DNA of 62,497 nt from Patescibacteria group bacterium (GCA_038064635.1 JBBTSS010000001.1:1-62497), one strand, 5' to 3'; shown: positions 37,058-46,239, counted from the first letter of the stretch. Numbers and translations are program-made. The notes: generated by a model not told the origin, from the letters alone.

Positions 37058-38068
37058 CTAAATCTTTTTTAAAATCTTTGTCAGCTCATCTCTGAATTCC
37101 TTTGTACTTTTATCATCAAAGAGTGACATAGTAAAAACTTTATTACCTAATTTTTCAAATTTTATTTTTTCTTTTTCAATAGCCTTCTCAAGCTTTGCTC
37201 CTTCTAACGGTATGACGTCTGTCTTTGTAAGGATTATTATTTCTTCTTTTTCTGCAAGACCATCTGAGCCAAGACCTACTGACTTGTCGTACTTCTCGAG
37301 TTCTTTTCGTATCTCTTTATAGCTCTTCATCATATTTGGATTCTCAAAAGATACAAGGTGAGCCAAGATTTTTGTCCTCTTTATATGACGCAAGAATTTT
37401 ATACCGAGCCCCTTTCCTTCTGAAGCACCTTCGATAACTCCTGGAATATCGGCAAGAATGTATTTATAAAATACTCCAAGGTTTGGATCGAGCGTAGTGA
37501 AAGCATAGTCTCCAACTTTTGCATCAGCATTTGTAAGTGCATTTAGAAGTGAAGACTTTCCAGCATTAGGTAGTCCTACAAGTCCGAGGTCAGCAAAGAG
37601 TTCGAGTTCTATTTGAAAGTTACCCTTCTCTCCTTCAGCTCCTTCATTTGCTTTAAGTGGAGTTACGTTCGTAGAACTTTTAAAATGTTCGTTTCCAAAT
37701 CCTCCATAGCCCCCTTTAAGAAGCAAAACTTTTTGTCCTTCTTTTTCTAGTCTGTACACTTCTTCTGTCTCTAAGTTTGTGATAACCGTTCCTACTGGTA
37801 CTTCAAGCATAAAATCCTCTCCGCTTTTACCATGTAGACTTTTCCCTCCTCCATCTTCACCTTTTTCGGCTATAAATTTCTTCTTTGCTTTATATTTTGA
37901 AAGTATATTTACGTCTCGCACAGCAATAGCATAAAAGTCCGCTCCACGGCCTCCGTCTCCTCCTGCAGGTCCACCTTTAGGTATAAACTTTTCTTGACGC
38001 CATCTTACTACGCCATTTCCACCGCGCCCCGCCTCTGCATATATTTTTAACTCGTCAGTAAATGCCAT
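37058..38068 (-). CDS. obg: GTPase Obg
   Basis: Gly-rich Obg fold (GGNGVVRWRQEKF..GGPAGGDGGRG) with G1 GLPNAGKSS. Confidence 0.95.
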   Translation of the reverse strand: MAFTDELKIYAEAGRGGNGVVRWRQEKFIPKGGPAGGDGGRGADFYAIAVRDVNILSKYKAKKKFIAEKGEDGGGKSLHGKSGEDFMLEVPVGTVITNLETEEVYRLEKEGQKVLLLKGGYGGFGNEHFKSSTNVTPLKANEGAEGEKGNFQIELELFADLGLVGLPNAGKSSLLNALTNADAKVGDYAFTTLDPNLGVFYKYILADIPGVIEGASEGKGLGIKFLRHIKRTKILAHLVSFENPNMMKSYKEIRKELEKYDKSVGLGSDGLAEKEEIIILTKTDVIPLEGAKLEKAIEKEKIKFEKLGNKVFTMSLFDDKSTKEFRDELTKILKKI

Positions 38069-38994
38069 AAATTTTTCTTTTCTTTTACTAATAAAGACTT
38101 TTTCGCTATTGCAATAGCACCTTCCTTTGAATGTGATGTTATCAGAAAACCACCCCTATGAGCAAATAAAGCGTCAGGCACTCCGGTCAATTCTTTAAGT
38201 CTTGGATCATTATTTATTCCAAATCTCCAACTCTCTGGAAACATTTTTCGACTCTCTAAGGTATTTGGATTTTTTGCTATTGCTTCTGCCTTCCAATTTT
38301 TACCGAAAATTCCTGGATAAATCACGTAAATAGGTTCGGGAAATTTTGATAATGTTTTTTGAATTAGATACCTAGGAAAAGAAGTCTCTAATATCACTAT
38401 TCTTTTATCTTCAGCTTTATTATATGAATCTACTATGATACGTCTACCTTCGGCGTCATCTTTACCTACTTGTATTTCTCTTTTCAAAACTTCCACTGCT
38501 TTCTCTACTTGCTCCATAAAAATCTCATCCATATTTACATCAACTTCTTTCCAGGTAGGATGATATGCGAGAAATATCTGATCTGCATTGTAAGGAAATA
38601 TATTTCCAAATTTTGAAGTTACTATGTCTATACCATTATCTATCGCATCTATCGGCGCAGCTATCTTTCTATCTATCTCTTCAGCCACTTCTTTATCACC
38701 ACAAATCTGTTCTCCATATTTTTTCCAGACTAATCCAAAAGATGCATAATCTATGCCATTTGGACGTTTACCTCCACCGCCACTTTGATGATGATCAAAT
38801 CTATCCGTTTCTGGGTCATAGATTCCTCCAACATCAAATACAATGTCAGCATTTTGAATGAGTTCAGGCTCTCGAGTACGAGTCACTCGTATACGTCCGT
38901 CGAGTAGTATATGAAGTGTCGCACATGCAAAAATATCATCCGCGTGAAATGATCCATTGTGAGTTACTAAGTTGTTAATCCCTTTTGTTATCAT
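38047..38994 (-). CDS. MYG1/UPF0160 family metal-dependent hydrolase
   Basis: THNGSFHADDIFACATL and DHHQ motifs. The start is placed at MITKGIN. Confidence 0.8.
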   Translation of the reverse strand: MITKGINNLVTHNGSFHADDIFACATLHILLDGRIRVTRTREPELIQNADIVFDVGGIYDPETDRFDHHQSGGGGKRPNGIDYASFGLVWKKYGEQICGDKEVAEEIDRKIAAPIDAIDNGIDIVTSKFGNIFPYNADQIFLAYHPTWKEVDVNMDEIFMEQVEKAVEVLKREIQVGKDDAEGRRIIVDSYNKAEDKRIVILETSFPRYLIQKTLSKFPEPIYVIYPGIFGKNWKAEAIAKNPNTLESRKMFPESWRFGINNDPRLKELTGVPDALFAHRGGFLITSHSKEGAIAIAKKSLLVKEKKNLWHLLTS

Positions 38995-39583
38995 AAACTT
39001 CTTCAAACATTTCAAATATAAAACCTAATATTTTATCAAAAATAATGTAACCAATCACGAACATAACCACTATCAATAAAAATCTCCATATATCTCTACT
39101 GACCTGTAATGCTGCATAACTAAAATAATATCCTAAAGACAAAAGCAATGGCGCCCATATAGCTGTCGCCAAAAATTCTGCCTTCAGATACGTCTTATAA
39201 TGTACTTTAACATATCCTGAGAAAATAATAACTACATGGTTTGCTCCCATGATAAATTTTGAAATAAATATAGACCAAAAAGGTCTTTCGTTGAAACGAG
39301 GCATTATCTCGTAAACTCTTTTTTCTACATAAGAAACGAAAGTATTTTTATGCCATTTCTTGTGAATAAATTGCCCGATATAATAACCTAAGAAAGTTTT
39401 TATAATACCCCCGGCCAAAATAAAAGCTAAAGCAAAATTGAAGTTTACTGCTCCAAGATGAGCCAATACTCCCGTAGAAAGTAAAATAATCTCTCCTTCA
39501 AATATAAGACCAATAAATATAACAGCGTACGCTAATACTTGATGGTGCTCAACTAAATTAACGAGAAAGTTTACCGTATGCAT
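38975..39583 (-). CDS. DedA-family membrane protein
   Basis: The E-G-E...L-G motif region (LIFEGEIILLSTGVLAHLG) and the TM pattern. Confidence 0.8.
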   Translation of the reverse strand: MHTVNFLVNLVEHHQVLAYAVIFIGLIFEGEIILLSTGVLAHLGAVNFNFALAFILAGGIIKTFLGYYIGQFIHKKWHKNTFVSYVEKRVYEIMPRFNERPFWSIFISKFIMGANHVVIIFSGYVKVHYKTYLKAEFLATAIWAPLLLSLGYYFSYAALQVSRDIWRFLLIVVMFVIGYIIFDKILGFIFEMFEEVYDNKRD

Positions 39584-39592
39584 AAAATAGTA

Positions 39593-40042
39593 TTAAAAAA
39601 GTGAGTCTACTACTTCTTTTACCACTACTCCATCAGCTTTACCTTTCAAATCTTTCATAAGTCCTGCCATAAGTATTCCTTTTTTTGTAGCATCAGTTAT
39701 ACCTAGTTCTTCTTTTTTCATTTGAGCTATTTTCAGAACTTCATCTCTTTCCATCAATTGTGGTAAATATTTTTCAAGTATTGCAAGTTCTGCTTCTTCT
39801 TCCTTTACAAGGTCTTCTCTATTTCCTTTTTTAAATTGTTCTATCGAGTCTTTTCTCTGTTTTGAAAGTTTAGTAATCACAGCTAAAGTCTCTTCATCAG
39901 TCAAGAACTCATCTGGCTTTCGGCCTTTACTCATAACTTCGCTCATAAAAGCTGCTACCATATTACGAAGTGCTTTTAATAACACCGTGTTCTTTGTCAT
40001 CATCGCTTCTTTTATTCCTCCTTTTATTTGTTCGTGCAACAT
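39593..40042 (-). CDS. GatB/YqeY domain protein
   Basis: IKEAMMTKNTVLLKALRNM... and KGKADGVVVKEVV are typical of YqeY. Confidence 0.85.
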   Translation of the reverse strand: MLHEQIKGGIKEAMMTKNTVLLKALRNMVAAFMSEVMSKGRKPDEFLTDEETLAVITKLSKQRKDSIEQFKKGNREDLVKEEEAELAILEKYLPQLMERDEVLKIAQMKKEELGITDATKKGILMAGLMKDLKGKADGVVVKEVVDSLF

Positions 40043-40084
40043 TTCTTTATTATAACAAGAAACTCTTTACCGGTACAGTATAAA

Positions 40085-40186
40085 AATAAATAGTATGATT
40101 TATAGAGGCTTGTGAGAGCGACGGCTCGAGCACGAGGAATTTTTCAGCAGAAAAATATCCGTACTCTATAAATTATGCTATTTATT
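40085..40186 (+). ncRNA. candidate structured RNA: 23-bp closing stem around two GC-rich hairpins
   Basis: 40085-40107 pairs with 40164-40186 over 23 positions. The two non-Watson-Crick pairs are G-U only on the plus strand. Inner hairpins are at 40109-40136 and 40137-40160. Confidence 0.3.
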
Positions 40187-40214
40187 GATTACATAACTAT
40201 GCTAAAATAGCTAT

Positions 40215-40931
40215 ATGAAAAAAATCATATTTTTTGATACTGAGACCACTGGAAACGAAACAAAAGACTTCCTCTGTCAGATAGCTTACAAAACCGACAA
40301 TGAGACTTTCAACGGTCTTTACAAACCTCCTTTCAAAATCCCACCTGAAGCTTCAGCTGTACACCACATATCAAACAAAATGGTTGAAGACAAACCTACA
40401 TTTAGTGAAAGTCCTGATAGTAAAAAAATAAAAAATCTTTTTGAAGATGCAAATTCTGTCGTCGTTGCTCATAATGCACCTTTTGACCTAATGATTATTA
40501 AAAAAGAAGACATCGTACCAGCGAACTTTATCTGCACCTTACGAGTGGCTCGACAATTAGACACAGAAGAAAAAATAGATAGATACAATCTTCAATACTT
40601 ACGATACCTGCTCGACATCGAAGTAGAAGCTCAAGCCCATGATGCACTAGGCGACGTACTCGTGCTCGAAAAGCTTTTTGAAAGATTAAAGAAAAAGATA
40701 ATAGACACAGACGGAGTGAGCGATGAAGAAGCTATCATTAAAATGATAGAGATATCTTCACACCCTTCTATTTTTACAAAATTAAACTTTGGAAAACATA
40801 AAGGCAAAAGAATTGAAGAAGTACTCCAGGCAGACCGTGGTTGGCTACAATGGCTACTCGACGAAAAAATAAAAAGCGAAGTACCAGACGAAGACTGGAT
40901 ATATACTCTCAAACACTATTTAGGTAAATAA
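40215..40931 (+). CDS. DEDD-type 3'-5' exonuclease (DnaQ/ExoX-like) with C-terminal DUF3820-like domain
   Basis: Exo motifs FFDTETTG, VAHNAPFDL and HDALGDV. The C-terminal part is FGKHKGKRIEEVLQADRGWLQWLL. Confidence 0.8.
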   Translation: MKKIIFFDTETTGNETKDFLCQIAYKTDNETFNGLYKPPFKIPPEASAVHHISNKMVEDKPTFSESPDSKKIKNLFEDANSVVVAHNAPFDLMIIKKEDIVPANFICTLRVARQLDTEEKIDRYNLQYLRYLLDIEVEAQAHDALGDVLVLEKLFERLKKKIIDTDGVSDEEAIIKMIEISSHPSIFTKLNFGKHKGKRIEEVLQADRGWLQWLLDEKIKSEVPDEDWIYTLKHYLGK

Positions 40932-40981
40932 AAAACCGGTCACTTATGTAACCGGGGTGATTAAATAAAACATTTGGTTTT

Positions 40982-41107
40982 TTAATTTTTTTTCTTATCT
41001 TTTAATATGCAAAAAAATGTTAGTCCTGCTGTGCATAACAGCATGAATGGTATTATCAGTCCTTTGTAAGAACTGACGTTTGTTAGATAATCAAAATTCC
41101 AATTCAT
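40982..41107 (-). CDS. possible 41-aa hydrophobic peptide
   Basis: Hand translation gives MNWNFDYLTNVSSYKGLIIPFMLLCTAGLTFFCILKDKKKN. Below the ORF-track cut-off. Confidence 0.2.
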   Translation of the reverse strand: MNWNFDYLTNVSSYKGLIIPFMLLCTAGLTFFCILKDKKKN

Positions 41108-41212
41108 GAGAAAAATTTAAAGGTGAAGGAAAAAAATAATTTAATATAAAAAATTACACTCTTTCGTCATCTTTAAAAATAAAAGAACAAAATAATACAT
41201 ACATATATTAAC

Positions 41213-41270
41213 ACATAATTAAAAAAAGTAAATAAAAAAGCGCGATTGTGTTTGCACACAAAAGCGCTCT
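41213..41270. repeat. copy A of an approximately 55-nt terminator-promoter module
   Basis: CATAATT..AAAAAAAGTAAATAAAAAAGCGCGATTGTGTTTGCACACAAAAGCGCTC. It matches 41564-41621 with 2 substitutions and a 2-nt indel. Confidence 0.85.
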
Positions 41271-41304
41271 AAGTAATGTCTATCAAATATAGTAAATTAA
41301 AGTT

Positions 41305-41514
41305 TTAGCGAACGAGTCGCACCCATTCACCTTCGTTTAGAAGGTTTTGAAGATTCAACGCCTGACGGCTTTGCTCTTTAATAATAGTTCCGTCACTTAG
41401 TTGGATAGAGAAAACTTGAAGACGAGGATTCGTATTCGGGAAAGGCGTAAATACATCTACGACCTTTACCATTCCTGTTTCATCAGTTTCGGCAGATTTA
41501 ATTTCTTTTGCCAT
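41305..41514 (-). CDS. hypothetical protein (69 aa)
   Basis: ORF framed by the shared leader and terminator modules. No domain recognised. Confidence 0.5.
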   Translation of the reverse strand: MAKEIKSAETDETGMVKVVDVFTPFPNTNPRLQVFSIQLSDGTIIKEQSRQALNLQNLLNEGEWVRLVR

Positions 41515-41563
41515 GATGTTGTTAAATTTAAAAATTAAAGAACTTGAGAGGTTTTTACTGTAC

Positions 41564-41621
41564 CATAATTATAAAAAAAGTAAATAAAAAAGCGCGATCG
41601 TGTTTACACACAAAAGCGCTC
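41564..41621. repeat. copy B of the approximately 55-nt terminator-promoter module
   Basis: See copy A. On the minus strand it is a hairpin plus U-run, followed by TTTACT..TGGTACAGT. Confidence 0.85.
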
Positions 41622-41652
41622 CATTTTAACTTACTATTCAAGCAACATTCCC

Positions 41653-41931
41653 CTACTTCTTTTTGGCCTTCTTGCACCAAGTCACCATAAAGTCATTAGG
41701 CTTTGAAGGCAAAGTGCTCTTCTGTCTGACAACCTTTCGGAACCCCAATCTTCGCAACATACTGGCATAATTGTCTGCCAATATTTCGGTCTTGAAAAAT
41801 TCCCTTTTTTTATTCCAAACGACGATGAATTCACTAGTCGTTTTGTCAAAACTACTCTCGACCCAATAAAGATCAGACATTTCGTGATAGAACTTGTCAG
41901 CCTCTTGGGCACTTTTAAAATTTCGTTTCAT
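41653..41931 (-). CDS. hypothetical protein (92 aa)
   Basis: ORF 27 nt downstream of the preceding ORF. Preferred over alternate-frame ORF 41682..41912. No domain recognised. Confidence 0.5.
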   Translation of the reverse strand: MKRNFKSAQEADKFYHEMSDLYWVESSFDKTTSEFIVVWNKKREFFKTEILADNYASMLRRLGFRKVVRQKSTLPSKPNDFMVTWCKKAKKK

Positions 41932-41958
41932 AATTTGAAAATTTAAAGGGTTTTAAAA

Positions 41959-42201
41959 TCAAGATTTTATCTTCAGATGACCTTTATAGTTTTCAAGAGG
42001 AAAACCGTTGTCAGCATTCCAATAATAGCGCCCAGAGTTTCGGTGACCCCGGAAAGTAGTAAGTAGCGTTTTTTCGGAAAATTCACTCTGAACTACAAAG
42101 TTCACCCAATCTTCGGGCGTATTTATTGTAGTCACTTGATTCTCATTTCGTTTGTTTTTCCAGTAAAGGCGAATGGGTAAAAATGGTTTCTTCTTTTCCA
42201 T
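41959..42201 (-). CDS. hypothetical protein (80 aa)
   Basis: ORF with a promoter-leader homologous to that of 41305..41514. Confidence 0.5.
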   Translation of the reverse strand: MEKKKPFLPIRLYWKNKRNENQVTTINTPEDWVNFVVQSEFSEKTLLTTFRGHRNSGRYYWNADNGFPLENYKGHLKIKS

Positions 42202-42314
42202 CTTGTTTAATTTTTAAAAAGTTAAAAGAACTTGTGAATAAAAACACTATACCATATATTATAGATTTGTAAATATTTATATCCTAAGGCTTTTATCATG
42301 ATATAATTTAATTT

Positions 42315-43376
42315 ATGGAAATAATCATAATGATTCTGATTTTTATATTGATACTAAGTGGCATCGCTGCTCTATTTACTTATCACTATTTTAAAAATAA
42401 AAAAGACCAAGCACCCAAAGACGATATAGGGCTCAATCTTATCCTCACTCAATTAAATGAACTCTCTCGTACAGTAGATGCAAAGCTCGGTGAAAGTCAC
42501 AAACAAGTAAACGAAAGCCTCAAATTTCATTCAAGCGAATCAAACAGAATTATTCAAGACGTCACGGAAAAGCTAACTCGTCTCGACGAGACAAACAAAC
42601 AAGTCATATCTTTTGCAGACCAGCTCCAGAGCTTAGAAAATATTTTAAAAAATCCGAAGCAACGTGGGATTCTTGGTGAATATTATTTAGAAACAGTTTT
42701 AAAGAATGTCCTCCCTCCTGGAAGCTACCAGATGCAATACCCTTTTCCTGATGGCACTATTGTAGATGCTGTGGTATTCGTCAAAGACAAGATCATTCCC
42801 ATAGACTCCAAATTCTCTCTCGAGAATTACAACAAAATGATAGAAATATCAGACCCGACTGAAAAGAAAAGGCTCGAGACAATATTTGTAAATGATTTAA
42901 AAAATAGAATCGTAGAGACTTCAAAATACGTACAACCTGCTCAAGGTACGACAGATTTTGCTTTCATGTTCATACCCCATGAAGCTATCTATTATGATTT
43001 GATAACAAATAAAATAGGTGGACTCAAAGATGAAGAAAATGAAAACCTTATCCAAAGAGCAAGTGGTAAATACAAAGTCATAATCACTTCCCCTACTTCA
43101 TTCCTCGCATATCTTCAGACAGTCCTCCAGGGACTAAAAGCGCTTCAAATAGAAGAGTCAGCAAAAGAGATCATCAAAAGAGTCGAGGAACTCGGTAAGC
43201 ATTTAAAGAGTTACGATGAATACCACAACAAACTCGGAACTTCCCTTTCTACTGTGGTCAACCATTACAATTCTTCAAACAAAGAACTTAAAAAAATAGA
43301 CAAGGACGTCTTACGCATAGCCGGATCTTCACCTGAACTCAATCTCCTTGAAATCACAAAGCCTGAATTGGAATAA
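42315..43376 (+). CDS. rmuC: DNA recombination protein RmuC
   Basis: N-terminal TM helix, a coiled coil, and an RmuC nuclease-like core (FAFMFIPHEAIYYDL). TGaTATAAT lies 7 nt upstream of the ATG. Confidence 0.85.
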   Translation: MEIIIMILIFILILSGIAALFTYHYFKNKKDQAPKDDIGLNLILTQLNELSRTVDAKLGESHKQVNESLKFHSSESNRIIQDVTEKLTRLDETNKQVISFADQLQSLENILKNPKQRGILGEYYLETVLKNVLPPGSYQMQYPFPDGTIVDAVVFVKDKIIPIDSKFSLENYNKMIEISDPTEKKRLETIFVNDLKNRIVETSKYVQPAQGTTDFAFMFIPHEAIYYDLITNKIGGLKDEENENLIQRASGKYKVIITSPTSFLAYLQTVLQGLKALQIEESAKEIIKRVEELGKHLKSYDEYHNKLGTSLSTVVNHYNSSNKELKKIDKDVLRIAGSSPELNLLEITKPELE

Positions 43377-43378
43377 AA

Positions 43379-43413
43379 AAAGCCTTGTTTACTCAACGAG
43401 TAAACAAGGCTTT
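43379..43413. terminator. bidirectional terminator
   Basis: AAAGCCTTGTTTACTC pairs with GAGTAAACAAGGCTTT. Confidence 0.75.
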
Positions 43414-43429
43414 CATGTTCAATAAAAGA

Positions 43430-44200
43430 CTAACGTAAAACAATCTGACGCACCCACTCTTCTGTACACGCATTTTCTACTACTTTTCCAGCGGTTTCTT
43501 TGTCCCCAATTTTCTTAATGAGTCTATTCAATTGTGGTCCGATCTTTTTGTCACAGTCGCATTCAGAAGTTACCGATTGAAACTCTGGATGAACCAACAT
43601 AAACAAGTCGGAAGTTTTTTTAGAAGCCATTAACTCGCGATTAAATCGTGCATTATCTTTCAAAAACTTTGACATTGAATTTTGTAACGAGATTGGTGCT
43701 GGAAAGTATTTCTCTTTTTCAATAGATACATGGTACTGATACACATGTATTAGTTCATGATAAATCCTAAACACCGTTTCTTCAATTGTGCCTTTTGACA
43801 AATCACTTACATTGGCAAATACATGCTTCCTGCCTCCAGATAAATCTGGATTATACATCATAGATGCGTGAGCCCCAGCAGTATTTTGCATGAGAGATTC
43901 TGGCACCTCTAAAATCAGAACTTCATCCTCTGGATTTGTTCCTTTACCATAAGTAAAAGTGTATGAGTCCCCATTTCGAATATATTTTGTAATACTTCCG
44001 ATTTTTACTTTTTGAAGCCAGGCATAGACCTTATTTTTTATATCTTGATCTGGCTCGAGTTCCATGAGCTCTTTAAGCTTAGATACAGCAGATTCTAATT
44101 TTTCTTTATTTGGTATTTTTTCTGGGGTGGTACTCCTTTTTGGAATCTCAGGAGAACACGCAAAAAGCGACAGGACTAGCAAAGTGAGCAGCGTTTTCAT
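43430..44200 (-). CDS. putative lipoprotein with HExxH motif (HELIHVYQY)
   Basis: Signal peptide with lipobox LFAC. Carries the HExxH motif and is a paralogue of 44364..45092. Confidence 0.6.
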   Translation of the reverse strand: MKTLLTLLVLSLFACSPEIPKRSTTPEKIPNKEKLESAVSKLKELMELEPDQDIKNKVYAWLQKVKIGSITKYIRNGDSYTFTYGKGTNPEDEVLILEVPESLMQNTAGAHASMMYNPDLSGGRKHVFANVSDLSKGTIEETVFRIYHELIHVYQYHVSIEKEKYFPAPISLQNSMSKFLKDNARFNRELMASKKTSDLFMLVHPEFQSVTSECDCDKKIGPQLNRLIKKIGDKETAGKVVENACTEEWVRQIVLR

Positions 44201-44363
44201 AAAAAAAATATTTTATTTTAAAAGAAATAAGAAAGAAGTTCTTGCCACGCATGGCAACATAATCTTATTGCGATTAAGATAACACAAATATCTTAATTTG
44301 TCAAAAATAAAAATACCCCGGTGCATTCATAGCGACCGGGGCATACTTCTTGCATATTAACCT

Positions 44364-45092
44364 TTAATATCCTTGTCTTTCGATAAAAAAATCTGGGCAA
44401 GACAATACAACGATATAATCGATAATATAATCAGGTATCGTATTGGTCAGATTAAAGATTTGCATCAGGGGTTTTTGACAATCAATATTCCCAATATACT
44501 TTTCGTATTCAGGGTGTAGACCCATGAACAATCTGGCTTCAAATTGCCAGGCCTGTACTTCTCTTTTTCTCTTTGCAATTTTTAGTTGCTCTCCTTGTAA
44601 AAAGAAATCCTGTGGGTTCAATCTGAATTGGTATATGTGCACCAATTCATGCCCTGCACTTACTGCTATCCGCTCTACTGATCTTTCTTTAACAGCTGAG
44701 TACTTTGCGTATATATACCGTTTGTCAGGAAAAATGCGCGGCATCGCGAAAAATGCAGCCTCTTGCTTTACACTATTGACGCAAGAATCTGGTAAAACAA
44801 TAATTTTTGTAGAGTTGTCATGAACATGCATGACATTCATGCCTCCCTCTGACTTTACAAGAAGTCCTGTGCCAACAGAAAAAGTTTTAGTCCAAAGTTT
44901 AAGCGAATCTAGCATAGCACTATCTTTTTTTTCTTTATAGAGAGGAAGTAAAATGTCACTCAGAAAAATTATAGCTTTTGCTATTTTAATACTATCTGTT
45001 CTATACATAGGGGGCAAAACAACTTTTTGAGTTTGAGATTGTCCTAGTAATGGAAGAAAAAATAGAAAACCGAAGGCAAATAGGTTTTTCAT
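44364..45092 (-). CDS. secreted protein with HExxH motif (HELVHIYQF)
   Basis: Signal peptide. Shared blocks with 43430..44200: HELxHxYQ and LFMxxHPE(F/Y), plus a single conserved Cys downstream. Confidence 0.6.
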   Translation of the reverse strand: MKNLFAFGFLFFLPLLGQSQTQKVVLPPMYRTDSIKIAKAIIFLSDILLPLYKEKKDSAMLDSLKLWTKTFSVGTGLLVKSEGGMNVMHVHDNSTKIIVLPDSCVNSVKQEAAFFAMPRIFPDKRYIYAKYSAVKERSVERIAVSAGHELVHIYQFRLNPQDFFLQGEQLKIAKRKREVQAWQFEARLFMGLHPEYEKYIGNIDCQKPLMQIFNLTNTIPDYIIDYIVVLSCPDFFIERQGY

Positions 45093-45261
45093 GTTGCAAT
45101 GTTTTTGATATTGTAAAAAACAAAAAAAATAGGTTCTTTACCACCACGTAACCAAAGGTCGCCGTAATACGTAATAAAGTTTACCTAATCTATTTTTACT
45201 TTAACCCGATTTTACCATTTTGTCAAAAATAAAAAGGGTCTGTTTAGACCCTTTAAAGATT

Positions 45262-45468
45262 TTATTTTTGTTTTTGTTTTTGTTTTTGAAATTGAAGTTT
45301 TTTACGCTTCAGTTTTTGAGCTAACTCTTTCACACTTGGGGAAGTTTCTTTTTTAGATTTCCTTTTAGGTGGAAAAGTAACATTCTCTTCGAAGAATGAA
45401 AAGACTTTACGTTCGTGATCTTTCACTGAAATTGAAAAACCATTCTCATCTTTTTCTTTTTGTTCCAT
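45262..45468 (-). CDS. hypothetical Lys-rich protein ending in a (QK)n repeat
   Basis: ORF with its own leader and terminator. The 3' end is encoded by a CAAAAA hexamer repeat (45265-45290 on the plus strand as TTTTTG). Confidence 0.45.
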   Translation of the reverse strand: MEQKEKDENGFSISVKDHERKVFSFFEENVTFPPKRKSKKETSPSVKELAQKLKRKKLQFQKQKQKQK

Positions 45469-45786
45469 TTTTATTCTTTTTTGAAAGAACTCCAGTCTCT
45501 TATAAAACTTCGTGTTTTATACTCTGGCTTTTAGCTGTAAATTTTTACAAATAAAAGTCAGGACACAAAACAAAAGCGCTCTCATCCGAGAGCGCTTTTT
45601 ATTGATAGATGTATTTTACTTTATATCTAGCAACAAAAAAGAACACTCTCTGTGGAGCGCTTCTTTCCCTTATTTGCTACTAATACAAAATTCTTATTCA
45701 TAATATTATTTATATCATATATCCATTCACCTAAATAGTCAAAAAAATTGGCCACCTTTTACGATGACCAACTTACTAAGAGATTA

Positions 45787-46182
45787 TTATTTTTTCTTAA
45801 GGTACAAACGGTAGTCTGGATCAAGCCAGACATCATTAACGTAAAATATTACTTGATAGAAATTGGAGTCCCCAAATAAAGTATTCAATGCATGCAGTAA
45901 TTTATTTTTTTTATGGGAATTATGTGTCCCTTTTTTTATTACTTGTGTTGCATTTACATTTTTTTTAGGTCTACAAACAACTTCGTAATTTGAAAATTCT
46001 TTAGGTTTTAGATAATTAAATCTAGCACTAATTTGATAGGGATTCATGTTCCCAACAAGAACATGCCATGCCTCGTGTTTCCTTGGCGACACGTGAGAGA
46101 TATTTGCAGGATTAGTTTTATGACCACCAAGCGACGTCGGGCATCTATGGTGTTCTTCGGTGATTATCTTAGACTTCATCAT
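45787..46182 (-). CDS. HNH endonuclease-domain protein
   Basis: EEHHRCPTSLGGHKTNPANISHVSPRKHEAWHVLVGN fits the HH..P.S.GG...N......H.AWH..(F/V)GN HNH pattern. Confidence 0.7.
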   Translation of the reverse strand: MMKSKIITEEHHRCPTSLGGHKTNPANISHVSPRKHEAWHVLVGNMNPYQISARFNYLKPKEFSNYEVVCRPKKNVNATQVIKKGTHNSHKKNKLLHALNTLFGDSNFYQVIFYVNDVWLDPDYRLYLKKK

Positions 46183-46239
46183 GCCCTTTTTATTTAAAAA
46201 GTGAAAGAATTGTTATTTCAATTTATACTAACACATACA

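Noticed and set aside
41213-41621. The two 55-nt repeats as CRISPR repeats or integron attC sites
   Set aside because: There are only two copies, separated by a complete gene rather than a short spacer. They are terminator hairpins followed by promoter elements. No cas genes, integrase or GTTRRRY core sites are present.
41682-41912. 76-aa alternate-frame ORF inside 41653..41931
   Set aside because: It is on the same strand but fully nested in a longer ORF that starts right after the upstream gene. There is no independent support for it.
45262-45292. TTTTTG hexamer microsatellite as a phase-variation switch
   Set aside because: The unit length is 6, so copy-number change keeps the reading frame and only alters the length of the (QK)n tail. 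It has only about 4 units.
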